Made by a program: the position numbers and the translations under genes. The notes under the pieces are model-generated. The model saw only the letters and a list, made by a program, of their open reading frames with translations, made no database searches and was not told the origin of the DNA. Of a stretch of DNA of 64,000 bases, positions 1 to 10,106 are shown in pieces (the stretch's first letter is position 1; each line of letters begins with the position of its first letter). The DNA comes from an uncultured bacterium (GTDB lineage: Bacteria > Cyanobacteriota > Vampirovibrionia > Gastranaerophilales > Gastranaerophilaceae), in assembly GCA_902774905.1 (NCBI GenBank), contig CACYKF010000003.1, positions 2,174 through 66,173 of the forward strand, read 5' to 3'.

Positions 1-113
1 AAGAATGTAACGAATTCTTAAGCAATTTTTACAGAACACGCAATTCCTACCTAAAAAAATACTTTATATATGAGTAGATAGGTTTATATTGATTTGGAAA
101 GGTAGGTTTTTTT

Positions 114-716
114 ATGAACATTGGTGTAGGAAAAGCAGCAGTTTACGGGTTATGTGGCGGTACTATCGCAGGTGCGGTAATTAAACCGAAAACACAGTCA
201 GGAGAACACGCAGCAAATAAATTTTCAACAGTTGCAGGCTTAGGCACATTAGCAGTTACTCCATATTTGGTAAAAAGCATTGTTACAAAAAATCCGCGTA
301 GTACGGTAAAAATTGCAAATCAGGCAGGCAAAACCATTGAAAAAGGTATAGAATATGCAGCAAAATACGGTAAAAAGGCGTTAAACAGTGATTTCGTCCA
401 AAAAAACTGCAGAGGCTTGTATGTCAAATTTAAAAATACAAAAATCGGTCAAAAAATAATTGATGCGGTAAATAAAGGTATATACAAAATATCTTCTAAT
501 AAAACAGTACAAAAAGTTGTAACAAAAGCAACTGAAGCATTAAAAACATTTGCTAAATCTTCTACAGCGAAGAAAGGTGCCATCGGTTTAGTTGCAGCAG
601 GGGTTGCACTGCTTGCTTACGCAGGAATCAAAACTATTACAAATTACTATAAAAAAGAAGGTGCAATCGACCAAAAATACAAAGATATGGAAGTAATGGA
701 TAATATGTTAGCATAA
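114..716 (+). CDS. hypothetical Lys-rich membrane-anchored protein
   Basis: 200-aa ORF with hydrophobic helices at the N-terminus (AAVYGLCGGTIAGAVI) and near the C-terminus (AIGLVAAGVALLAYAGI). Purine-rich GGAAAGG lies upstream and a hairpin terminator follows at 738-774. No family recognised. Confidence 0.55.
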   Translation: MNIGVGKAAVYGLCGGTIAGAVIKPKTQSGEHAANKFSTVAGLGTLAVTPYLVKSIVTKNPRSTVKIANQAGKTIEKGIEYAAKYGKKALNSDFVQKNCRGLYVKFKNTKIGQKIIDAVNKGIYKISSNKTVQKVVTKATEALKTFAKSSTAKKGAIGLVAAGVALLAYAGIKTITNYYKKEGAIDQKYKDMEVMDNMLA

Positions 717-737
717 CAAATATAAATCATAACCATA

Positions 738-774
738 AAAACAGGATGAGAATATAATTCTCATCCTGTTTTTG
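738..774. terminator. bidirectional intrinsic terminator hairpin
   Basis: aaaacaggatgagaa / ttctcatcctgtttt inverted repeat with A-run and T-run flanks, between convergent genes. Confidence 0.75.
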
Positions 775-933
775 TTATTTCTTATATGCAAAACTTATTT
801 TGTAAAATTCACTTGTAACATCAATAATTGCCCAGCGAATAATTTCCGCACCGGTAATTTCGGATAAGGCTTTTTCAATATCTGTCACATTTTTACTGAT
901 TTTAGTAATATCAGAAATAATTGATGTTTGCAT
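775..933 (-). CDS. small hypothetical protein (52 aa) downstream of glmS
   Basis: Track ORF 775-990 trimmed to the internal ATG (MQTSIISD...), which lies 10 nt after the glmS stop; the longer form overlaps glmS. Weak RBS, no domain recognised. Confidence 0.3.
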   Translation of the reverse strand: MQTSIISDITKISKNVTDIEKALSEITGAEIIRWAIIDVTSEFYKISFAYKK

Positions 934-943
934 AATGTTAAAC

Positions 944-2788
944 CTATTCAACCGTAACAGATTTCGCAAGGTTTCTCGGCTGATCAACATCTTTGCCCAA
1001 AAATTCCGCTATATAATATGCAATCAACTGTAACGGAACAATAGCAATAATCGGTGAAAGCATTTCATCAACCTCAGGAACTCTTATAATATAGTCAAAC
1101 AAATCATCGAGTTTTTTGTCCGTTGAATTAGTAAGTGCAATCATACGAGCATTTCTTGCTTTTGCTTCTTCACTGTTTGAAAGAAGTTTTTCATAAACAG
1201 AACCTTTCATCAATACAGACAAAACAGGCATTGTTTCATCAAGCATAGCAATAGGTCCGTGTTTCAGTTCTCCTGCCGGATAACCTGTTGCGTTTATATA
1301 ACTTATTTCTTTAAGTTTCAATGCTCCTTCCAATGCAGTCGGATAATTTACCCCTCTTGCAATATAGATAAAATCTCTTGTCCCTGAATACTTTCTTGCA
1401 CAAGTCTGAATATAATCTTTGTTTGCAAGAATTTGCTCTATCTTTTGAGGGAGCAAAAGCATTTCTGATTTTAAATTCTTTATAGTTTCATCACTTGCAG
1501 AGCCTTTAATTTCAGCCATATAAAGCGCCAAAAGATAGAAAGATGTAAGTTGCGCAATATAAGATTTAGTAGCGGCAACCGACACTTCAATCCCTGCATT
1601 AACAGATAACAGGCTGTCGGCTTCTCTTGCCATAGCACTGTCAGGTCTGTTTGTGATAATTAAAATATGCGAACCTTTGGCTTTTGACTGCTTAATCGCC
1701 GTCAAAGTATCAGCGGTTTCTCCTGACTGAGAAACACCAATTACAAGAGTATGAGCATCAGTTACGGTTTTTCTGTAGATATATTCGCTTGAAGCCTCAA
1801 CATCAACAGGAATCCCACATAAATCTTCTATCAAATATTTGCCTATCATTGCCGCATGTAAAGATGTTCCGCAGGCAATAACTTGTATTCGATTCAGATT
1901 TTTAAGTGTTTCTTTTGTTAGTTTAACTTCGTTTAATTCAACAGGAGAATCAGAAGTATGAAGTTTCCCGACCAAAATGTTTCTTATGACATCAGGTTGT
2001 TCATGAATTTCTTTGAGCATATAGTGTTTATAACCCATTTTGCTCAAAGCAACAGGTTCCCACGGCAACTGCTCAATTTTCGGAGTAACTTCATTACCGT
2101 TAACATCCTGAATTTTAACGGAATCTTTTGTCAAAGTAGCAATCTGATTATCTGATAAATATATTGCTTTATTAGTATGTTTAATAAATGCAGGAATATC
2201 AGATGCGGCATAATATCCGTCATGTCCGATGCCGATAATCAACGGAGCGTTACGTTTTGTTATAACAAGTTTTTCCGGTTCGTCATTATGCATAATTTCA
2301 AGTGCATAAGCACCTTCAATTTCTTTTGTTGCAAGTTCAACCGCTTTTGTTAAATCTTTAGTTTGAGCATATTTTTGCGCAACTAAATGTGCAACAGTTT
2401 CGGTGTCAGTTTGAGAACGAAAAACACAGCCGTCTTTTTCAAGTTTTGCTTTTAATTCTTTATAATTTTCAATAATACCGTTGTGAACAACAACAAGACT
2501 TCCGCAGTTGCATGTATGCGGATGAGCATTGACGGTAGTTGGTGCGCCATGGGTTGCCCATCTTATATGACCGATACCCATTGTAGATTTTGAAATCTCG
2601 TAAGCATGAGATGACAATTCATCACGCAAATTTTTTAACTTGCCTACGGCTTTATACACTTTTATTTCTTCATCACATTTCACCGCAATACCTGATGAAT
2701 CATATCCTCTGTATTCAAGTTGTTCCAAACCGTCTAATAAAATATCCAAAACGGGATTAGTTCCCACATATCCTACGATACCACACAT
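944..2788 (-). CDS. glmS: glutamine--fructose-6-phosphate aminotransferase
   Basis: N-terminal MCGIVGY (catalytic Cys after Met), two SIS modules (GTSLHAA, SQSGETADT) and a C-terminal ...AKSVTVE. Start trimmed to M13, which has an AAGGAGAGG RBS. Confidence 0.95.
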   Translation of the reverse strand: MCGIVGYVGTNPVLDILLDGLEQLEYRGYDSSGIAVKCDEEIKVYKAVGKLKNLRDELSSHAYEISKSTMGIGHIRWATHGAPTTVNAHPHTCNCGSLVVVHNGIIENYKELKAKLEKDGCVFRSQTDTETVAHLVAQKYAQTKDLTKAVELATKEIEGAYALEIMHNDEPEKLVITKRNAPLIIGIGHDGYYAASDIPAFIKHTNKAIYLSDNQIATLTKDSVKIQDVNGNEVTPKIEQLPWEPVALSKMGYKHYMLKEIHEQPDVIRNILVGKLHTSDSPVELNEVKLTKETLKNLNRIQVIACGTSLHAAMIGKYLIEDLCGIPVDVEASSEYIYRKTVTDAHTLVIGVSQSGETADTLTAIKQSKAKGSHILIITNRPDSAMAREADSLLSVNAGIEVSVAATKSYIAQLTSFYLLALYMAEIKGSASDETIKNLKSEMLLLPQKIEQILANKDYIQTCARKYSGTRDFIYIARGVNYPTALEGALKLKEISYINATGYPAGELKHGPIAMLDETMPVLSVLMKGSVYEKLLSNSEEAKARNARMIALTNSTDKKLDDLFDYIIRVPEVDEMLSPIIAIVPLQLIAYYIAEFLGKDVDQPRNLAKSVTVE

Positions 2789-2898
2789 AGTTATTAACCT
2801 CTCCTTAATTATATTAGTCGGCATTATAATACCGACCTAATATGTATGATACCATTAAAATATTTTTGTTTGAGATAATTTTATATAATTTTTACATT

Positions 2899-3243
2899 TT
2901 AAAATGAACGCCCGTAAACCCTCATAGGATAAGGTGGATAATATACATTATGATCATTCCATCTGTTACCTGTATAATAACCTTGTTGATAAGACGGACC
3001 CATATAAGGGTTGATATAAGGTGACGGAGGAATTTGAGGGGTGTAGCCTGTCGGTTGTCCGACAAAAGCACTTTTTAATTTACTCCACAAACCTTTTTTT
3101 TCTGAGCAATATGTATCCCCGTTTTGAACCCAATTTTCTTCCCCGTAATCGTTTGATGAGTAACTTTGGCTATAAGCAAAAACACTCAATCCCGAAAATA
3201 AAATAGTAAACATAAAAATTGAAATAAATATTTTTTTATACAT
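2899..3243 (-). CDS. secreted Tyr/Pro/Gly/Asn-rich small protein
   Basis: Signal peptide MYKKIFISIFMFTILFSGLSVFAYS. The mature part is low complexity (YYPPYP, GYYTGN). No family recognised. Confidence 0.6.
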   Translation of the reverse strand: MYKKIFISIFMFTILFSGLSVFAYSQSYSSNDYGEENWVQNGDTYCSEKKGLWSKLKSAFVGQPTGYTPQIPPSPYINPYMGPSYQQGYYTGNRWNDHNVYYPPYPMRVYGRSF

Positions 3244-3348
3244 AAAATAAATCCTCTCAAAAACAATAATTTATCAGTATAAGATTTTTTTTATTCCCCT
3301 GCAGGTTAACAATTGGATTAATTTTGAATAGAATGTTAAAATCAAGGC

Positions 3349-5412
3349 ATGGGAAGTAAGAATAATAAAAAGCGAGTAGTCGCCTATCTCCATTCTCATT
3401 GGGACAGGGAATGGTACAGAGAGTTTGAAGTATTCCGTTTAAGATTATTAAGAGTATTTGATAATGTATTGGATTTGCTTGAAAGAGGTGAAATTCCATC
3501 ATTTTACTTTGACGGACAGGTATGCGCACTGCTTGATTATTTAAAACTGCGACCTGAAAAAGAACAACTTGTAAGAGAACTTGTAATTGATAAAAAACTT
3601 TTTATCGGTCCGTTTTATACACTTGTTGATGAGTTTTTGACAGACGGGATATGTTTCAGAAAAAACCTTGAAATCGGAATGGATATAGCAAGAGATTTTG
3701 GTTGTGAAGATTTTATCGGATATTTTGCCGATACATTCGGACATAGCAAAAATATTCCTGAAATTTTAAAAGAGTTTGATATAGACAAAGCAATAGTATG
3801 GAGAGGAGTACCGGATGAACTACCGGCAGATTTTATTTTCTGCGGAGTTCCGACTGTTAATCTTGTCAGAGGTTACTTTATGGATATTTTTTCTTCTGAT
3901 AAAACAATGGAAGAAAAAGCACAATTTCTAAAGAAAAACCTTGATATGATTGCAGAAAAGTCAGGAGATACGCTATTATTGCCAATAGGTGCAGATCACC
4001 TTGGAATCCCGAGAGATATTGCATACCAAATCGAAGAGATTAATACCTATCTTGATGATTATTACATCGTCTTATCTTCACCGTTTGACTATTTTGAAGA
4101 TGCTAAATTTAAAGTCAAATATAATGATGAACTCCGTGATAATTCAAAAACATTCATTCTACCGGGATGTTACAGTGCAAGAACGAAACTAAAACAACTC
4201 AATGCGGAATGTTCATATAAACTTGACCTTGCTAATAAACTTCAATACAATTTTGGCGGGAATTATGACAGTGCGATTGAATATGCTTATGAATTACTGC
4301 TAAAAAATCAGGCACATGACAGTATTTGCGGATGTTCAACCGATGAAGTACATCAGGAAAATATTGTTCGTTACAACAAAATCAGACAAATCGCAAATAC
4401 AATTATTGAAGAAATAAGATTTAATCAGGAAGAAAATATCGTTGCAAGTTTTAAATATCAGGATAAATATAAGATACTTGAAACATATCAGACAACTGCC
4501 CCCAAAGAAGGACAAATAACAGATAAAAAACAAGGATTTCCAAACAGTATATTGTATGATACATATAAAATTCCTGTCACAGAAGATTATACAACAATTT
4601 ATACTGTACTGAGGGAATTCAGATCAGATGGCGAACCGTCAGACTTGGAAGTTTACAATAATTGTTTGCAAAATTCAAACATAAGACTTGAAGTTGTAAA
4701 CGGACAAATTGATTTATACGAAGGTAAAAATGTTCACAGAAACTTTATGGAATTTGTCAGATTCAAAGATGAAGGTGATACATACAACTATGCCCCGAAC
4801 CGCACTGATAAAGGTGAAATCGCAAAAATACGCTCTGCAAAAATAATTATGAATGGACCGTTGAGATGTGCAATAAAAATTGACACTTCATTTTTCGGTG
4901 TAACAGTATTTCTTAACAAAAAATCTAATTTGCTTAATTTTAAAATAAATTGGTCAAATTTGCTTACAAACAAACTATGGCAGGTAAGGTTTAATCTGCA
5001 AAAACCGATAAAGGAAACATGGTCAGAAGATTTGAATGAAATTATTAAAAGAAAATTCAACCCTGAATACAATATTCGAGAAAATCTTCCGACAGAAAAA
5101 GGGCACGAAGCAAAAACAAATACAGCCCCTATGCAGAGATTTGTCTGGGCAAACGGTTTTGGAATTATAACAAAAGGTTTGTGCGAATATGAAGTTTATC
5201 AAAATACATTATCGATAACACTTTTGCGCAGCACAGGTATAATATCAAACCCTCAAAATCCGGCAAGAACAACCCCGGCAGGTCCGCCGATTAAAGTTCC
5301 GGGGGCTCAGCAAATAGGTGAAAACAGTGCAGAGTTTGCGATAGGATTTTTCGACAAAGACGACTGGGCATTTAAAGTTGAAGAAATTTACCCTCAGACT
5401 ATAATTTTATAA
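3349..5412 (+). CDS. glycoside hydrolase family 38 protein (alpha-mannosidase / mannosylglycerate hydrolase-like)
   Basis: YLHSHWDREWY near the N-terminus and QAHDSICGCS match my recollection of GH38 catalytic-domain signatures. At 687 aa it is shorter than typical MngB. Confidence 0.75.
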   Translation: MGSKNNKKRVVAYLHSHWDREWYREFEVFRLRLLRVFDNVLDLLERGEIPSFYFDGQVCALLDYLKLRPEKEQLVRELVIDKKLFIGPFYTLVDEFLTDGICFRKNLEIGMDIARDFGCEDFIGYFADTFGHSKNIPEILKEFDIDKAIVWRGVPDELPADFIFCGVPTVNLVRGYFMDIFSSDKTMEEKAQFLKKNLDMIAEKSGDTLLLPIGADHLGIPRDIAYQIEEINTYLDDYYIVLSSPFDYFEDAKFKVKYNDELRDNSKTFILPGCYSARTKLKQLNAECSYKLDLANKLQYNFGGNYDSAIEYAYELLLKNQAHDSICGCSTDEVHQENIVRYNKIRQIANTIIEEIRFNQEENIVASFKYQDKYKILETYQTTAPKEGQITDKKQGFPNSILYDTYKIPVTEDYTTIYTVLREFRSDGEPSDLEVYNNCLQNSNIRLEVVNGQIDLYEGKNVHRNFMEFVRFKDEGDTYNYAPNRTDKGEIAKIRSAKIIMNGPLRCAIKIDTSFFGVTVFLNKKSNLLNFKINWSNLLTNKLWQVRFNLQKPIKETWSEDLNEIIKRKFNPEYNIRENLPTEKGHEAKTNTAPMQRFVWANGFGIITKGLCEYEVYQNTLSITLLRSTGIISNPQNPARTTPAGPPIKVPGAQQIGENSAEFAIGFFDKDDWAFKVEEIYPQTIIL

Positions 5413-5500
5413 GAATAAATGCTTTACATCATTTATACTATTGAAATTAGACAAAAAGTGTAGTTTAATGTTATCATAGGCAGTTGTAAGGTACGGAATT

Positions 5501-6460
5501 ATGTTGGAAATCACCAAAACTCAGGATGACGGAACATTAAAAACCCTTGATTTGAATGAGGCGGTTTCAGGTTCATGGTTCAATCTGATTAACCCTACAA
5601 GAGAGGAAATTCAACAGGTTTCTCTCGTTCTTGGGCTTGATGAAAGTTTTTTAAACAACTCATTAGACGCAGACGAACTTTCTCGTATGGAATTTGAAGA
5701 CGGTAATCTGCTTGTCATCACCAATGTACCGATTATGGATGATGAGGGCAATTTTGATACCTTACCGTTAGGTCTTATTTTTACGCACGAAAGTATGATT
5801 ACAGTATGTTCAAAAGAAAATAAAATTATTAGTTCGTTTAACGAAGATACAGCAAAATTTTTTGATACCCGTGAAAAAGCAAATTTTATGTTGAGTATTT
5901 TGTTCAGAGCAGCAAAATTTTATCTGCGTTATTTGAACATTATCAACAAACAAACCGATAGTATTGAAGATTCGCTAAAGAAAACAACACATAACAAAGC
6001 ACTTTTTCAACTGATGGAAATTCAGAAATCTTTAGTTTACTTTACAACCTCACTAAAAGATAATCAATTAGTGCTTCAAAAACTTTTGAGAATAGTTAAT
6101 ACAAATACGGGCAACCTGCAATCTATTCTGAAATTTACGGAAGACGATATAGACATGTTGGAAGATGTCATTATTGAAAATAAACAGGCATCCGAGATGG
6201 TTGAAATGCACAGAACAATTCTTGAAAGCATGATGGATTGTATGGCATCAATTATTAATAATAACCTCAACCTTGTAATGAAATTTTTGGCATCCATTAC
6301 AATTATTATGTCTATACCAACAATGATAGGCAGTTTTTGGGGAATGAATGTACCTATGCCGTTTGGTTCAAACAGTCTTGGATTTTTATTTGTAATTTTG
6401 ATTTCAATTTTGGCGACATGCATTGTTGCCGTTTTCTTCAGCCGTAAAGGTATGATGTAA
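5501..6460 (+). CDS. corA: CorA-family magnesium/cobalt transporter
   Basis: Soluble N-domain followed by two C-terminal TM helices, with the GMN motif (SFWGMNVPMPF). Confidence 0.9.
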   Translation: MLEITKTQDDGTLKTLDLNEAVSGSWFNLINPTREEIQQVSLVLGLDESFLNNSLDADELSRMEFEDGNLLVITNVPIMDDEGNFDTLPLGLIFTHESMITVCSKENKIISSFNEDTAKFFDTREKANFMLSILFRAAKFYLRYLNIINKQTDSIEDSLKKTTHNKALFQLMEIQKSLVYFTTSLKDNQLVLQKLLRIVNTNTGNLQSILKFTEDDIDMLEDVIIENKQASEMVEMHRTILESMMDCMASIINNNLNLVMKFLASITIIMSIPTMIGSFWGMNVPMPFGSNSLGFLFVILISILATCIVAVFFSRKGMM

Positions 6461-6596
6461 TATTCCATCTTTTTAGGTACATTTACTTAGGCATTGTAAA
6501 TTTATATGTAGAATTTCTTAATCTTTTGACAAAAAATATTTTGTTTTGACTTTTATTTTGTTATAGTAGGTGAAAATAATTCGACAAAGGAATGTT

Positions 6597-7463
6597 ATGT
6601 TGAATACAATAAATAAGATTAAAGAAGAACAAAAGTCAAACAGACTGTATGTTTCAGAACCAAATCAAAAACTATCTCAAATTGAAATCCGTTTAAAAAA
6701 TATATTTGATAACGAACTCAAATCGCATGACTCGGTTTTGGTAAATTATAAACCCGAAGTAGTAAAGCGCCTTGCGGATTATATTTCCGGTAAAATTACC
6801 CGTCCTGCCTCAATCGGAATTGCGGGAGAAACAGCAAGCGGGAAATCAACCATTACTCTTGATATTATTGATACCATAAACGCATTTGCTGACAAAGAAA
6901 AACTTGAAAATGTTATCACAAGAGTGAATACAGACGATTATTATTACGACCGTTCCGATATGGTCAAAAAGGCAGGCAGCTTTGCACAGTTTGCAAAACA
7001 CTACGATTTAGACATTCCGGATGCTCTTGAACTTGAACTGATGCATGCCCAGATAAAAGAACTTTTATCAGGCAAAGAAGTTTATTTGCCCAAATATGAT
7101 ATGTCAGGTACAGCGATAAGATATGATAATCATACGCTTGCAAAACCGTCAAAAGTTATAATTTCAGAAGGTTTATTCACATTAACCGAAAAAATTAAAG
7201 ATGCTTTTGATTTTAAAATATATGTTGATGTCAGAGAACACATTCAAAAAGAAAGATTTTATATAAGAGCAGAAGAAAGACATCTTGGCGACAGCGCACA
7301 TTCTATCTACAAAAATGCATCAGAAAAAGCCGAAATTTATATAAGACCTTGCAAAGAACATGCCGATATAATTCTTTCAGGCGAAGCAGTCAGAACAAGA
7401 TACAAAATATTCCTGAATAAAATCATTGCTATTGTTGAAGAAGAACACTTTGCAAAAGCATAA
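6597..7463 (+). CDS. uridine kinase / phosphoribulokinase-family P-loop kinase
   Basis: Walker A IGIAGETASGKST with a PRK/Udk-like layout. ATG at 6597 preferred over the track GTG at 6570 because of an AAAGGAA RBS. Confidence 0.65.
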   Translation: MLNTINKIKEEQKSNRLYVSEPNQKLSQIEIRLKNIFDNELKSHDSVLVNYKPEVVKRLADYISGKITRPASIGIAGETASGKSTITLDIIDTINAFADKEKLENVITRVNTDDYYYDRSDMVKKAGSFAQFAKHYDLDIPDALELELMHAQIKELLSGKEVYLPKYDMSGTAIRYDNHTLAKPSKVIISEGLFTLTEKIKDAFDFKIYVDVREHIQKERFYIRAEERHLGDSAHSIYKNASEKAEIYIRPCKEHADIILSGEAVRTRYKIFLNKIIAIVEEEHFAKA

Positions 7464-7480
7464 TTCAAGTTATTAAAATT

Positions 7481-8809
7481 CTATTTCTTATCCTTACGCT
7501 CTCTTGCACTGAGCCTTATTGGATTGCCAAAAAATCCGAAAGCCTCTCTTAGTTTGTTTTCAAGATATCGTTTGTAATTGTCTTTCAGTAATTCTTCGTT
7601 ATTTACAAAAAATACAAAGGTCGGAGGCTGAGATGTTACCTGCGTTGTATAATAAATTTTTAATTTCTTTCCTTTAAAACTTGTAGGTGGATTGAGTGCG
7701 TAGGCTTCGTTGATAACCTTATTCAAAAGTCCTGTTGAAATACGCTTATTACCTTCATTATAAACCTTTATGCCTTCATCAAAAATTTGAGTTAATCTCT
7801 GTTTTGTAACCGCACTTATAAAAATTTTCGGTGCAAAACTCAAAAACGGTATATCATGTTCAAGTTTTTCACTGAATTTATTTATAGTATTTGCTTTTTT
7901 ATCTTCTATCAAATCCCACTTGTTTATAGCAACAATTATACCTTTACCTGCATCGGTTATAATTGAAGAAATTCGTTTGTCTTGCTCTGATATTCCTTCT
8001 TTGGCATCAATAACCAAAAGCGCAACATCACAATCACGAATTGAACGAATTGCTCTGTCAACCGCAAATTTTTCAACTCCATAATCAACTTTGGATTTTT
8101 TTCTTATTCCTGCAGTATCAACAATAGTAAATTCTGTATCTTTATATTTTATATAACTGTCAATACTGTCTCTTGTTGTTCCGGAAACATCTGAAACAAT
8201 AACTCTTTTTGTGTCAAGTAATGCATTTACAATAGAAGATTTGCCTGCGTTTGGTCTGCCTACAATGGCTATTCGTATGCGGTTTTCCTTTTCTTCATCT
8301 TCAGTTTGTTCAAAATCATCTGTTATGATTTCTAACAAATCACCTACTCCGCCTGACCCGTGCAAGGCAGAAATTGCTATCGGTTCACCGACAGACAAAG
8401 CATAAAAATCACTCGTCATTGCCATAGATTCAGGGTTGTCGCACTTATTAACGGCAAGATAAACAGGTTTTGATGCCCTGCGCAAAATATTTGCTATATC
8501 GTAATCAATAGGGTTGATACCGTCTTTACCGTCAACAAGAAAAATAATTTTATCTGCTTCCTCACAGGCAAGTTGCGCCTGAGAAAAAATTGAATTCATA
8601 ATATCATCGTCATCACCGGGGATAATACCGCCTGTATCAATTACGGTGAAACCTTTCCCCTGCCAATCGACATCAAAATAAATTCGGTCACGGGTAACCC
8701 CCGGAGCATCATCAACAATTGAATTTCTCGCTCCGACAAGACGATTTACAAATGTCGATTTGCCAACATTTGGTCGCCCAACTATTGCAACTACAGGTTT
8801 TCTTTTCAT
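7481..8809 (-). CDS. der: ribosome-associated GTPase Der/EngA
   Basis: Two tandem GTPase domains (GRPNVGKST..DTGG..NKCD and GRPNAGKSS..DTAG..NKWD) plus a KH-like C-terminus. Start trimmed to MKRKPVVAIVG. Confidence 0.95.
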   Translation of the reverse strand: MKRKPVVAIVGRPNVGKSTFVNRLVGARNSIVDDAPGVTRDRIYFDVDWQGKGFTVIDTGGIIPGDDDDIMNSIFSQAQLACEEADKIIFLVDGKDGINPIDYDIANILRRASKPVYLAVNKCDNPESMAMTSDFYALSVGEPIAISALHGSGGVGDLLEIITDDFEQTEDEEKENRIRIAIVGRPNAGKSSIVNALLDTKRVIVSDVSGTTRDSIDSYIKYKDTEFTIVDTAGIRKKSKVDYGVEKFAVDRAIRSIRDCDVALLVIDAKEGISEQDKRISSIITDAGKGIIVAINKWDLIEDKKANTINKFSEKLEHDIPFLSFAPKIFISAVTKQRLTQIFDEGIKVYNEGNKRISTGLLNKVINEAYALNPPTSFKGKKLKIYYTTQVTSQPPTFVFFVNNEELLKDNYKRYLENKLREAFGFFGNPIRLSARERKDKK

Positions 8810-8921
8810 AGGGCTAAAATAACACAAAAAATAGTGTTTGTAAAATGAAAACTTGTTAACTTTCTTGATTTTAGAGTTATTTTTTTATAAAATTAAATAG
8901 AAAGACTGAAGGGAGTATATT

Positions 8922-9179
8922 ATGGCACAACAATACAATAATCCGAATGCACAAAATATAAAAAAACGCTATGCCGTTCTCGCATTTATTAAAGGATCAA
9001 CAGCACCATTAGTATTATATGTAAAAGAACCGCAACAGTTGTACGATGAACTTGTAAATCTTATGCAGTCACAAAAAGCAGTCCTTTTTGAACACGAAAC
9101 AGAAGGTCCTATCAAAAAAGTTTGTTTTGTATCAAATCAACTGTCAGCAGTCGCAATCCAAGAAGAACAATATATGTAA
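8922..9179 (+). CDS. hypothetical small protein (85 aa), first gene of the yceD-rpmF operon
   Basis: GAAGGGAG RBS. The stop lies 2 nt before the yceD start. No family recognised. Confidence 0.5.
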   Translation: MAQQYNNPNAQNIKKRYAVLAFIKGSTAPLVLYVKEPQQLYDELVNLMQSQKAVLFEHETEGPIKKVCFVSNQLSAVAIQEEQYM

Positions 9180-9181
9180 TT

Positions 9182-9682
9182 ATGGAAAGAATATTATCAA
9201 TTGAAGAACTTGAAAATGCACCAAATAAAACTTTACACTGCGTTTTTAATGAAAAAATAGACCAAATAGATTGTAAGACACCTGTAAAAGCCGATTTATA
9301 CGCAAAATCTTTAGGCGAATTTATACAAATTACGGGGCACATAAATACGACAGTGATGCTTGAATGTGATTTGTGTCTTGAAAAATTTGAATACGAACTT
9401 GATTTTGATATAGATGAATTATATTCAAAAGGTTCATTAGTATCTGATTATGAAAATTCTGACAAAGAGTTTGAAATCAAAGACGGACAATTCATTACCG
9501 ACCTTAACGGAGAGAAAGAAATTGATATTTATGACTTATTGTATCAATCTGTAATATTAAATTTCCCAAATAAAAAGGTTTGTGGTATTAATTGTAAAGG
9601 GAAAGAATATTTATCTCACGAAGAAAATAATGACCCAAGACTGGAAGTCTTTAAAAATCTCCAAATTAACCAAAAAAAGTAG
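9182..9682 (+). CDS. yceD: YceD/DUF177 family protein
   Basis: Acidic protein with a CDLC motif, in the canonical position immediately upstream of rpmF. Start trimmed to MERILSIEEL. Confidence 0.8.
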   Translation: MERILSIEELENAPNKTLHCVFNEKIDQIDCKTPVKADLYAKSLGEFIQITGHINTTVMLECDLCLEKFEYELDFDIDELYSKGSLVSDYENSDKEFEIKDGQFITDLNGEKEIDIYDLLYQSVILNFPNKKVCGINCKGKEYLSHEENNDPRLEVFKNLQINQKK

Positions 9683-9709
9683 ATAGTAGAAAATAAAAAG
9701 GAAAGAAAA

Positions 9710-10018
9710 ATGGCAGTACCAAAGAAAAGAACAGGCCATAGCGCACAAGGTTCAAGAAGAGCCAACTGGAAAGCAACAAAGCCTGAAACGACAAAATGCC
9801 CTAATTGTGGCGCAACAGTTTTAGCACATACAGTATGTACCGAATGTGGTACATATAAAGGTCAACCTGTAAAATTAGCAGACAAAGCAGCGGCAGCAGC
9901 AACTGCAAAGAAACCTGCTAAAAAAGCACCTGCAAAAAAGACTACTAAAAAAGCAGAAGCAAAAGTTGAAGAAACTAAGGTTGCAGAAACAAAAGCAGAA
10001 GAAAAAACTGAAGAATAA
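9710..10018 (+). CDS. rpmF: 50S ribosomal protein L32 with C-terminal Lys/Ala-rich extension
   Basis: MAVPKKRTGHSAQGSRRANWK plus a CPNCG...CTECG zinc ribbon, followed by a tail of about 45 aa (AKKPAKKAPAKKTTKKAEAK...). Confidence 0.9.
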   Translation: MAVPKKRTGHSAQGSRRANWKATKPETTKCPNCGATVLAHTVCTECGTYKGQPVKLADKAAAAATAKKPAKKAPAKKTTKKAEAKVEETKVAETKAEEKTEE

Positions 10019-10033
10019 ATAAGTTAAATAGTA

Positions 10034-10079
10034 TATAGTTGAAAAGTTGATTATTTCTATCATCAACTTTTCAACTATA
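10034..10079 (+). other. 18-bp perfect stem-loop between rpmF and plsX
   Basis: Arms tatagttgaaaagttgat / atcaacttttcaactata with a 10-nt loop. No U-tail, so it looks more like a processing or attenuation element than a strong terminator. Confidence 0.5.
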
Positions 10080-10106
10080 AAACTTATCAACTATAGATGA
10101 GGGAGT

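Noticed and set aside
2789-2898. Possible glmS ribozyme in the glmS 5' leader
   Set aside because: Only about 110 nt separate glmS from the next gene, and they contain a promoter-like TATAAT and the RBS. I could not see the conserved ribozyme core. The element is too large to fit here.
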